A stretch of DNA of 63,993 nucleotides, the filler included, from Octopus bimaculoides (lineage: Eukaryota), in NCBI RefSeq assembly GCF_001194135.2. It is 5 parts of 4 records of this genome, joined end to end, with 100 filler letters (N's around TTAATTAATTAA, not from the genome) between each part and the next. Parts side by side here need not be neighbours in the genome. Positions count along the whole stretch, not along the records: positions 43,642 to 61,952 come from NC_068993.1; positions 62,053 to 63,993 come from NC_068981.1; 3 more parts are not named here. The stretch is one strand, 5' to 3'. The notes beneath the pieces are model-generated. The model was not told the origin of the DNA, did no database searches, and was given only the letters and a program-made list of their open reading frames with translations. The position numbers and the translations under genes are program-made. Below are positions 54,136 through 63,993 of the stretch, in pieces; within the stretch, counting starts at the first letter, position 1, and each line of letters begins with the position of its first letter.

Positions 54136-54701
54136 CAGATCATTGGAGTATCATCCTCCCTTACTTCTAACATTGCAGACCACATTTGGATTAATAACTA
54201 TATGAAGGAGACAGCAGGAATGGAGAAGATGAGAGACATGGGAGAAAGAAATATAATAGAATCATGTTTAGTCTCTACACCACTGTGTATAATATGTGTG
54301 TGTATATACACACACGCTCACACACATACATATGTGCATGCACACAGTTGTTTTGCAATGGGTGTTAACCTTTTTCCCAAAGGTCTAGAGTCAGAAATAC
54401 TGACTCCATTTCTTTTACCATTCTACAAATCATTATTGAATTCTGCTTCCAGCCAGGCTCTAGTAGTCTAAACTGTCTTCTGTCTTCTAAAAACCAGATC
54501 CACTTTAATCTGTATTGTCTATATCAGCCAAAAAGTTTTGATCAACTGATCTTATTTGAGTTACCTTCCTTGCTTGCTGCTTATAGATTAGATTTTGAAC
54601 ACTTCTTACAAGGAGTTTTGAGCTGCTAAAGGCATGGACAGTCTTAATTGATCAAAGTTTTTCATCTCACTGTATTACAAAGGTAGTATTCTCAATTATT
54701 T

Positions 54702-55085
54702 TGGCTACGTGGTTAAGAAGAAGCTTGCTTCCCAACCATGTGATCTTAGGTTCAGTCCCACAGCACAGCACCTTGGGTAAGTGTTCTAATATAGTCCCAA
54801 GCTGACCAAAGTTTTGTTAATAGATTTGGTAGATGGAAACTGAAAGAAGCCTGACATGTGTGTGTTTGTTTGTGCATGTGTGTGTGTGTTCTCTACCACT
54901 GCTTGACAGCTGGTGTTGGTTTGTTTATGTCCTCATAACTTAGCAGTTTGGCAAAAGAGACTGATATAGTAAGTACCAGGCTTAGAAAAAAAAATAAGTA
55001 CCGAGGTCACTTTGTTAGACTGAACCTTTGAAGGCAGTGCTCCAGCATGGCCGGAGCATAGTAGCTGGAACAAAAGATAAAAGAA
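54702..55085 (+). mobile_element. SINE family A, CpG-decayed
   Basis: Collinear with the other copies; core CpGs converted to TG/CA. Confidence 0.82.
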
Positions 55086-55939
55086 AAATTTTGCGTTAGG
55101 AGTTGTTGGTGTTATAGTATACCCAAATCAAAGAAACCAATGGGAAAAGGCTTTCCAACTGTGACCATCCTTTCATTTTGTGTAACAATGACTATATTGT
55201 CCAATATATACTTTTTTTTTAAAAAACAGCAACAGTGAGTTGAGGGAGATCCAGCTGCTATTTCTATCAGACAGAGTGACTGCATAGAAGCACCCTTGCT
55301 GGTTTAAACAGGATTTTGTTAGTTTAGAGAGAAAGTGAGAAAGAGTAAAAGAAGAAATGGCTGCTGGTCTTATGATCCAGCCTAACCATTCTGTTGTGTA
55401 TCTCGGACTGTTTTACCTAAGGTATCTTTTTTTTAAAGATATTTTTCTTCAACAGATTTTTCTGCTGTGTAGGCTAGAAGCTCCCTTTGTAACCATGTAG
55501 TTTTGGGCTTGGTCCCGCTGCATGGCACCTTGGGCATATTATCTTCTACTGTAGCCCTGGCCCAACCAAAACATTAGTAGATGGACATTGAAAGAGGTAA
55601 AACTGACTAGGAGGTTATCAGACAAAAACGATTGCAACAGAAGGCATGAAAGGATGTTGGTTCAATGATATTTAACTGTGGGGAATATCTACCATATTTC
55701 CTTGGAATGTTATCTCTAATAAGAGTAGCATCCTTTTTGGAGAATGATTTATTTTCCAGCCACTTAATCCATCTAAATCTGGTGTTGTGTGTTAAATGTT
55801 TTATTAACTTTTGTGTTCTGTAGAAATATATGTTTATGTGTAAGATTTTTACATGTAATTTCAGCATGGAAGATATATGTTAGCCATTCAGGAACAGACA
55901 ATGACTGTCAACTTCACATTAAGCATTTGTTTGTAATAT

Positions 55940-56290
55940 TCTTTTCTTTTCAGTTATTTGACTGTAGCCATGGTTTTTAGTCGAAGAAATCAACCCCCAG
56001 GACTTATTCTTTGTAAACTTAGTACTTATTCTATCAGTCTCTTTTGACAAACCACTAAGTTACAGGGATGTAAACACACCAACATTGCGGGAAGACCAAC
56101 ACAAACACAAAAACACACACACATAAATATATATGACAGGCTTCTTTCAGTTTCTGTTTACTAAATCCACCTACAAGACTCTGGTCAGCCCAAGGCTATA
56201 CTAGAAGACACTTGCCCAAGGTGCCATGCAGTAGGACTGAACCCAGAACCATGTGTTAGAGAAGCAAGCTTCTCACCACACAGGCACACA
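55940..56290 (-). mobile_element. SINE family A, CpG-decayed
   Basis: Collinear with the other copies; core CpGs converted to TG/CA. Confidence 0.85.
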
Positions 56291-58449
56291 TGGTGTCAAA
56301 ATTTTTGTTGCTCGAAACTGCAACCTTTTATACTGACAAAAAAATTGTGCTGCATCAGTGAACAGATCACAGTTTTGAGTGATGAAAACTTTGACATCAT
56401 ATTACAAGTAAATACTTAGTTGATGTTTTCATGTATTTCTGAATGGCCAGTTTATGTCTTCCACACTGCAAACCACTTTAGTTTCAGCATGGGATCTCAG
56501 ATCAAAACACTTGCTATGCAAGTACATCTCAATAAAGTTTTGGATGTTGTTTGTTTGTGTGTTATCTTACTTAAAGTGGGCAGGTATGAATAAATGATTA
56601 AGAAGTTCAATTTGCAATCATGAGGTATTTCATGTGGAAGTCAAATGGTTAGGTATAGATTTAATTTTACCAATAAATAATTGGATGGTGATTTAGTTTA
56701 ATACGCTAGTCACACTTTGTTACAGATACACATACACATAATTAATCAGCTGAATGATCAATTATACTTGATATCAAGTGTTATCTGAATAAGATTGACA
56801 ATTATAATTTGAACTTAGTATATGGTACTCTATCTAATCAATATATATTACCATAATGCTAAATTATTGGATGAGATGCCTTATAATATCTTTTAGCCCT
56901 TTGCATTCAGATTTCAAATTCCATCTTGGTGCTGATGGACAGACAGATAGACTTACAACGAGTATAGATAAGCTGGCAACAGCATATTGACACTTCATTC
57001 AATAGTAGATCAATTAAGGCTAATGGAATATTAAATTGAGATTTAAAATGAGTGAAAAACAAATGTTTCCTTTTTTAAAAAAAAACTAGCTTGCATGGCA
57101 GTTTGATAAGTAAGTTCACTTCAGAATTACATGGTTCCGAATTCAATCCCAGTATGTGACAATTTCAGCACTTGTTTTTTACCATAGGCATGGGTTGATC
57201 AATACCATGTGAGTGAAATTTGACAGAGGGACACTGGATAAAAGCCCATCATATATCATCATCATTTTATGCCCACTTTCCATGGTTGGATGGATTGGGT
57301 AGGTCATCACGGTCCAAGTTAGTTACTACTTTTCTAGATGAGTGAGAGGAACACATCTTGGTCACACATTTCATTTTTGGCTTGGTTTCTATGGCTGGAT
57401 GCCTTTACTATCACCAACCACTCCATAGAGTATACTAAGTGTATAATATTATCATGGTACAGCACTAGAGGGTTTTGTGTCCTCTACAAGACTAAATGGA
57501 GCCCTCTCAACCTTATGCCTCTCCATGTTCAGCAGTCACTTATTAGATTTTACTGGATGCATTTTATCATGGCACCAGTGTAAGTGGCATTGCCGTGTAC
57601 CATCTAGGAATAAAGAGACATTACTACTCCAATACGTGTTCATTTGCTTGAGGCAACATAATCAAGAAGATGAATAGAGGAGACGCTGATAGAGGAAAAA
57701 TCAGAGTGTGTTTGTGAATTGAACAAGGGTATGATGGTAGAATCAGTGCATGAGATGGAGTGAAAGAGTAATGGATAATAGAGATGGATGTGAGTAAGTG
57801 TGTGTGTGTGTGTAGTTATTGAAACTGAAACTTTGTTTCATGATTTGAGGTTCACACCACTGCAATCTTCAGGTAAGAAAGATAAAATGGGAGGATAATG
57901 CTCAGATGGTCACTCTTACTACTATGATATTTAACCCTGGGAAATGTCCAACTTTTAAATGTAGGAAGTATAAGATCTGCTAATGTAATCTCATCATCAA
58001 TAATATTAAAACTCAAATTCCAAAAATCTTTTATTAATTGTTAGACAGCAATTCTTCCCCTGCCACTTCATCATGAATAAATACTGTAAAACTTTTCATA
58101 GGAAACCTATTAAACTTACTTCTTCCACTATACCTACGTTGGAAGCAATTATAGCAGTCTGTAGTAGAAATAAAATTAGAGAATATATTAGCAGTTTACC
58201 TCTACTTAGCCGACTGTCTAATATAGCTTTTCATTATTCTCTGCCTAATCCTTAAGTTCACATAAGAAACTCTGCAATGGCAAAACCCTCGACAGGGCTC
58301 TCTAACATTAGCCTGGTCAATGCTGATATTAATAATCTAATGCTAATTACTTCAACTAATGAACTAGGTGGACAGGCCAACAAGTTGGTTACATCTCTAT
58401 TACATAATGCAAATATTAAGTGTTCTAAACAATCACGCAGACCCCATCA

Positions 58450-58636
58450 CAAGGAATATAAATGTAACTTAAAATCACAGATAGTCTGTCCTTTGGATGA
58501 AAATTGTGCCCACGAAAATGTGATGTACAAGTGTGTTAATACAGATAACACTTCCCACTTTTACACCGAATCAACAACTAATCTGGTAGAATGGATGTTC
58601 TTTTCCCATAGATACAACTTCATTAATAAAAGTTAA
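58450..58636 (+). mobile_element. Penelope-like element GIY-YIG endonuclease remnant
   Basis: YKCNLKSQIVCPLDENCAHENVMYKCVNTDNTSHFYTESTTNL..FSHRYNF matches the CxC..CPL...C....VxYKC.V.......YxGxT..........H...F pattern of PLE endonucleases, with decayed residues. Confidence 0.6.
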
Positions 58637-59459
58637 CAATTTTCAACATCTATTTTATATATATATATATAAAAACACACACACACGCACACGGCGTGTG
58701 CGCACATGCGTGTGTATATTTTTTTGCTAATGTATATTTCAAATGGTATAAACATTGACAAGAACCTGAAAAAAAAAAAAAAACAAGTGGTAACGCTTGC
58801 TGCCAGAAATGCAGTGAACCAGTAACTGGCCCATTGAATATATGTAACCATTGATAGTATTGTTCACAAATTGCTTTATAAAATAAAATATATATAATCT
58901 TCAGCATCAGTTTGCTCAGATTAAAGAATACACACACACACACACACACGAGGCCATCTGACTGATGCAGAATTTAAACATTGCAAAAACAGAGTTAAAT
59001 AGATAAAATATAAGAAGCAATAAAAAGCACTTTTTGTGGCAAATAATGTTTTTGTGGGGTTTTTTTTTTTTTCACTACAGAATTAAAAAAATTTTTTTAG
59101 GATATTCTGAAATATCTCTAAAATAATAACACAAAGTAAAGTTTTAATCATGCGTATATTATCACTACCACCACTTTCACCACCACCACCACTACCATCA
59201 TCTTTATTATCATCATCATCATCATCGTTAATGTTACGTCTGCTTTTCCATTATTGTGGCTTGGGTTAGACAGGTTGTCACAGTTTGAGTCAGCTTTCAT
59301 TCAGAACTGCTCCCCTCCCAGACAGGTTGGGGACCATGCATTGCTCTAGGGTATGAAACCTTTTTAACACAGCCATTTTGGTGCCACCATTTTGGCGCCA
59401 CTGATTTGACACTGACTTATTTGACAGCAGACATTTTAATGTTTTTCACATTTTGTCGC

Positions 59460-59664
59460 TCATCTGTTACTTGTTTCTGTCACTGGACTGTGACCATGCT
59501 GGGGCAATGCCTTGAACTTTTAGCCAAATGAATCGACCCCAATACTTATTTTTTTTTTTAAGCCTGATACTTATTCTGTCAGTCTCTTTTGATGAACTGC
59601 TAAGTTACAAAGATGTAAGCACAACACCAAATGTTAAGCAGTGGTGGTGGACAAACACAAAGAC

Positions 59665-59707
<43 letters not shown>

Positions 59708-59870
59708 CGACAGGCCTCTTTCAGTTTCCATCTACCAAATCCACTCACAAGGCTTTCATTGGCCTGAGGTATAGCAGAAGACACTTGCCCAAGGTGCCAC
59801 ACAATGGGAATAAACCCAAGATCATGTGGTTGGGAGGCAAGCCTATTACTAAACAGCCACATCTGTGTAA
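59460..59870 (-). mobile_element. SINE family A, CpG-decayed
   Basis: Collinear with the other copies; core CpGs converted to TG/CA. Confidence 0.85.
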
Positions 59871-60289
59871 TGTCTCTCTCTTACTTATCTATCTGTATGA
59901 GTATATTTCTGCACAAACATGCATGTTGTGTGTGCATGCATGCATGCGTGTTTGCTTTCAGCATCAAAACAGGTTGAATGTCCAGCCAGCTGTACTAAAT
60001 CATCAGCGTCTAAACAGCTGCACCCTGCTTTCTTGTTCTGATTGCTCTTAAGTTTCATTTCTGGCATACTTTCTATGGGTGGATACCCTTCATTTTGCCA
60101 GCTATTTTACAGAGTGTAACTCAATGCATTTCGTTGTGCCCTCAACCTTAGAGAAGTTCCCATATCACCACCAAGGCTAAATTGTCCTCTCTAAGCTACA
60201 TTTTCTACATACATTCACAAACCAATTTAGTGCTGAGTTGATTTTATTGTTTTACCAGTCTTCTTTCCATTCTTCTTCTCTTCTGGCAC

Positions 60290-60945
60290 TCAGAAAGCTC
60301 GTACATGAAATTAAGCTACAAATGGCTGAGCACTTCCCAGACACATATACCCTTCACAGACACGTGTACCGTAATTCTCAGGGAGATTCGGCATGACACA
60401 GAATGTGACAAGGTCAGCCCTTTGAATTATAAGTACAACTAATTTTTGCCAGGAATTGAACTCACGACCTTACAATCAGGGCCAGATTAAGACCCATCGA
60501 GGCCCTAAGCACATGAGAGATTTTGGTGCCCCCATAAAAGATTATGTAATTCAAAATATAAACAATAACAAACCATAGAATAAATTTCTATCTTTCAAAA
60601 CAAAACAAAACAGTAAGAGGGAAAATAATGTTTATTTTTGTATACTTCCATTTTATATATATTTGAAAAGTTTCTGCCTACTTTTCTGAATTGCAAAGTA
60701 TTTGATCAGATCCTCAAAATTAATTTTAGCTAACACATCTGCATTTATACTTAGCAGAGATACAGGTATTCTGAATATTATTTTAGCAAATTTAAAGTGA
60801 TTTCTTTTGTGCCGTAAACCATTTACCATTTCTGTGGTGCTCCCCTCCTTCCTTTGATGCCTTAAGCACATGTTTATTTTGCTTAATGGTTAATCCAATG
60901 CTGCTTACAATCATGAACTGAATACCCTAACCATTAAGCTGTATA
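60290..60945 (-). mobile_element. Family-B-type SINE split by the hAT insertion
   Basis: SINE sequence stops at 60476 and resumes at 60912 (CATGAACTGAATACCCTAACCA). Confidence 0.75.
60477..60903 (-). mobile_element. Non-autonomous hAT derivative (Tip100-like C-terminus) with 8-bp TSD
   Basis: Exact direct repeat CTTACAAT at 60469-60476 and 60904-60911. Termini CAGGGCCAGATTAA and CAGCATTGGATTAA (reverse complement). Minus ORF ends SLLSINADVLAKINFEDLIKYFAIQKSRQK, resembling hAT dimerisation-domain ends. Confidence 0.85.
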
Positions 60946-61614
60946 CATTCACTTTCTTCTCCCCATTATAAGCTAAAGAATCCTCTCAAATATCTTTTAA
61001 CCTCGACCTATAACCATGTATTATTAGGCAACCAAATTCGTGTAGCTTTATATTGAGTTTAACATGCTTAAACATTGCTTCGGTATATCTTTGGATAATA
61101 TTTATTAGTCAACTGATATTTTTTCTTAGATTCAGATAGTGAATTTTTATAGAAACATCTCAGTTGTTATTTCACTCTACTATTCCTATTTTCCATTTGA
61201 TTCTGTGATGTTGCATAGCTGTCAATCAAATAATTCATCTCCTTCTTTTGACTTTGTATTCTAAATTTTCATATTATAAACCAGGGAGGCAGCCTATTTG
61301 AAATTGTTTATAAGAAATATAGATTTCTCTTTTATTTTCTACTTCTAAATTTTTTTTTTCAGTAGCATGTTCCTAGTTTTCTTTTGTTTTTTTTTTTCTT
61401 TCTGTATGTATATATGTGTGTTTTTTTACCTGTATATAAAGTGCTTTGGGTATTTTAACTGTTAGTTATTCTGATCTTTGATGTGACCCTGTATAGAAAC
61501 AGTTGTGCTACTGTAAGGATCCATTGCTTTGATAAAAGTATACACACACATATAAGTGTGTATATACATGTGTGCATGTTTATATATGTGTATATGTATA
61601 TGTGTGTGTGTATG

Positions 61615-61670
<56 letters not shown>

Positions 61671-61752
61671 GTGTATGTAAGTGGATGTATATATATGTAT
61701 ATATATTTATTTGTAAAAAGTTAGTAGTAATCCTTATATTGATATATATATA

Positions 61753-61952
61753 TCATCATCATCATCATCATCGTTTAACGTCCGCTTTCCATGCTAGCAT
61801 GGGTTGGACGATTTGACTGAGGACTGGTGAAACCGGATGGCAACACCAGTCTCCAATCTAATTTGGCAGAGTTTCTACAGCTGGATGCCCTTCCTAACGC
61901 CAACCACTCAGAGAGTGTAGTGGGTGCTTTTACGTGTCACCCGCACGAAAAT
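61753..61952 (-). mobile_element. Family-E retroposon 3' end with (GAT)n tail, young copy
   Basis: GGTTGGCGTTAGGAAGGGCATCCAGCTGTAGAAAC..CCCATGCTAGCATGGAAAGCGGACGTTAAACGATGATG. Older copies at ~46585-46700 (-), 47491-47710, 48945-49110, 49600-49770, 53575-53785 (+) and 57255-57620 (-). Confidence 0.82.
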
Positions 61953-62052
61953 NNNNNNNNNNNNNNNNNNNNNNNNNNNNNNNNNNNNNNNNNNNNTTAA
62001 TTAATTAANNNNNNNNNNNNNNNNNNNNNNNNNNNNNNNNNNNNNNNNNNNN
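61953..62052. other. Artificial scaffold join
   Basis: N44-TTAATTAATTAA (61997-62008)-N44. Confidence 0.95.
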
Positions 62053-62106
62053 AGCTCTATCATGCCTGTTGAGATACTCTATTATTAATATTATTATTAT
62101 TATTAA

Positions 62107-62149
<43 letters not shown>

Positions 62150-62552
62150 TCTCTTTTACTTGTTTCAGTCATTTGACTGCGGCCATGCTGGAGCACCGCC
62201 TTTTAGTCGAGCAAATCGACCCCAGGACTTATTCTTTGGAAGCCTGGAACTTATTCTATCGGTCTCTTTTGCTAAACCGCTAAGTTACGGGGACGTAAAC
62301 ACACCAGCATCGGTTGTCAAGCGATGTTGGGGTGGTAAAGACAGACACACAAAAATATATACACACACATACATATATATACACATATATACGACGGACT
62401 TGTTTCAGTTTTCGTCTACCAAATCCACTCACAAGGCTGTGGTCGGCCCGAGCTATAGTACAAGACACTTGCTCAAGGTGCCACGCAGTGGGAATGAACT
62501 CAGAACCATGTGGTTGGTAAGTAAGCTACTTACCACACAGCTACTCCTGCAC
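62150..62552 (-). mobile_element. SINE family A, near full length
   Basis: Collinear with 41011-41424; source of track ORFs 62160-62753 and 62314-62520. Confidence 0.9.
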
Positions 62553-62558
62553 CATATG

Positions 62559-62628
<70 letters not shown>

Positions 62629-62679
62629 TTCTAAACAAAATTTACACTAAAGAAAGAATAATATCTGTAACCCGTTATT

Positions 62680-63130
62680 TAACTACAGCTGAACTTTCTG
62701 GTCTTTTGCCAAACACTTCCGAACAAATTCTCAGTATCACCAAGAACGGATAGCTCTGTTTAATCAGCACTATAAATGCCAAACCAACATCTTCAAATCT
62801 AAACTCACGTCTCAACACAAATATATAATCTCATGCCCTCTACCACATCACGTCACTCGTTTTATTTTTGCAGGTCACAACTATTATCATCTGAACCGCT
62901 ATCATAACTACCGCCATCACCAACTTAGCTTTAAATACGACAACCGCTGATTTCAACAAATTCTCGTCTTTCTTAAAGCAGCCATTACATCTCTTCCGAA
63001 GGGCATCCGACAATGAGATCCACTGTCAACTTCCTCTTTTGAAAGAAATCAATGCTATAGCACTTGATATTAGAAAAGGCTTTGACAGATTATAGATTGC
63101 AAACCTCCGGGTCAAACTATATAACGATTG
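62680..63130 (+). mobile_element. Degenerate CR1/L2-like RT fragment
   Basis: FWSFAKHFRTNSQ and EINAIALDIRKGFDRL*IANLRVKL resemble the ALDISKAFDRVWH..LL.KL RT motif. Confidence 0.45.
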
Positions 63131-63838
63131 CCGCCCAGAACTAATCATATTCATACGTACATAATCTCACATAAATATATGCATACGTATATATATGCTA
63201 CAGTGTGTACGCTTGTGTACACACGCGCGCGCACGCACACACAAGCACACACACACACACACACACAAGGAAACACACATGCACACACAGATATATACAC
63301 ATACACACAAACTTACATATTTATGCGTGTATGTATATATATATGTGTGTGTTTGTGTGTATGTGTGTGTATGTGTTTGTGTATGTTTGCATGTATATGT
63401 ATATATATGTGTGTATGTATATATATATACATGTGGTACACATATATGTATGTATGTATGTATGTATGTGTGCATGTGTATGTATGCACAGATACAATAT
63501 AGACACGCTCAAGCGTAGCTACGTATATATAGGTGTAACGTATATAGACATTTATCAATTTAGATGAATTACATGCGTGTGTCCCTCTGTTTCTGTGTAT
63601 ATGTTCCTTGTGTGTATATTTTGTCTTGTGTCTATGTGTTCACATCTTCTCAAGGCACGAATCTCCATTCAATATCATACACTTTAGAACTGTCATATTG
63701 ATCCAGATGCTTCTCTAGATTTATGTAAAAATAAAAAAAAGTAACGGAAACGAAGCGCGCTCTTTGTCTCTCGCAATTGTTCATTCTCCAACTTTTTCTC
63801 TGCGTGTGCGAGTGTCATAATGACATATATACATATAC

Positions 63839-63869
<31 letters not shown>

Positions 63870-63993
63870 GTAGAGAGAGAGAGAGAGGTGGGAGATAGAT
63901 AATAAATACGTAAATGCATACATACATACAGACAAACGTACATACATTCATACATATATACATAAATATACACCCATATGTGTGTGTGTGTTT

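Noticed and set aside
56488-56583. Possible 96-nt exon (TTTCAG| ... GCAG|GTATGA)
   Set aside because: Short pyrimidine tract and no recognisable peptide; such pairs arise by chance in AT-rich DNA. Other donors at ~5562, 48198, 55420 and 57873 are similarly unsupported.

Overview
This is eukaryotic, AT-rich draft-assembly DNA dominated by microsatellites and transposable elements. The SINE repertoire suggests an octopus (coleoid cephalopod), which is an inference from repeat motifs. It is not one continuous locus: four artificial 100-bp joins (N44-TTAATTAATTAA-N44) split it into five segments (1-14658, 14759-26446, 26547-43541, 43642-61952, 62053-63993), and there are many further N gaps. I cannot support any intact host gene, rRNA, functional tRNA or CRISPR array, and almost all listed ORFs are read-throughs of microsatellites or Ns. 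The real coding signal is decayed TEs: five fragments of restriction-like-endonuclease LINEs (R4/Dong-like, at least four lineages, two abutting (TAA)n), four Tc1/mariner remnants, a deleted hAT with an 8-bp TSD, and Penelope GIY-YIG, RTE and CR1-like fragments. There is also a probable solo LTR and dozens of SINE copies. The most interesting observations are a tRNA-like head next to a degenerate Penelope-type hammerhead ribozyme motif (44.8-45.1 kb), a 104-nt near-perfect hairpin (6804-6907), and a CpG-decay footprint at 54.7-59.9 kb. A clean candidate micro-exon (46439-46472) lies in the same segment.
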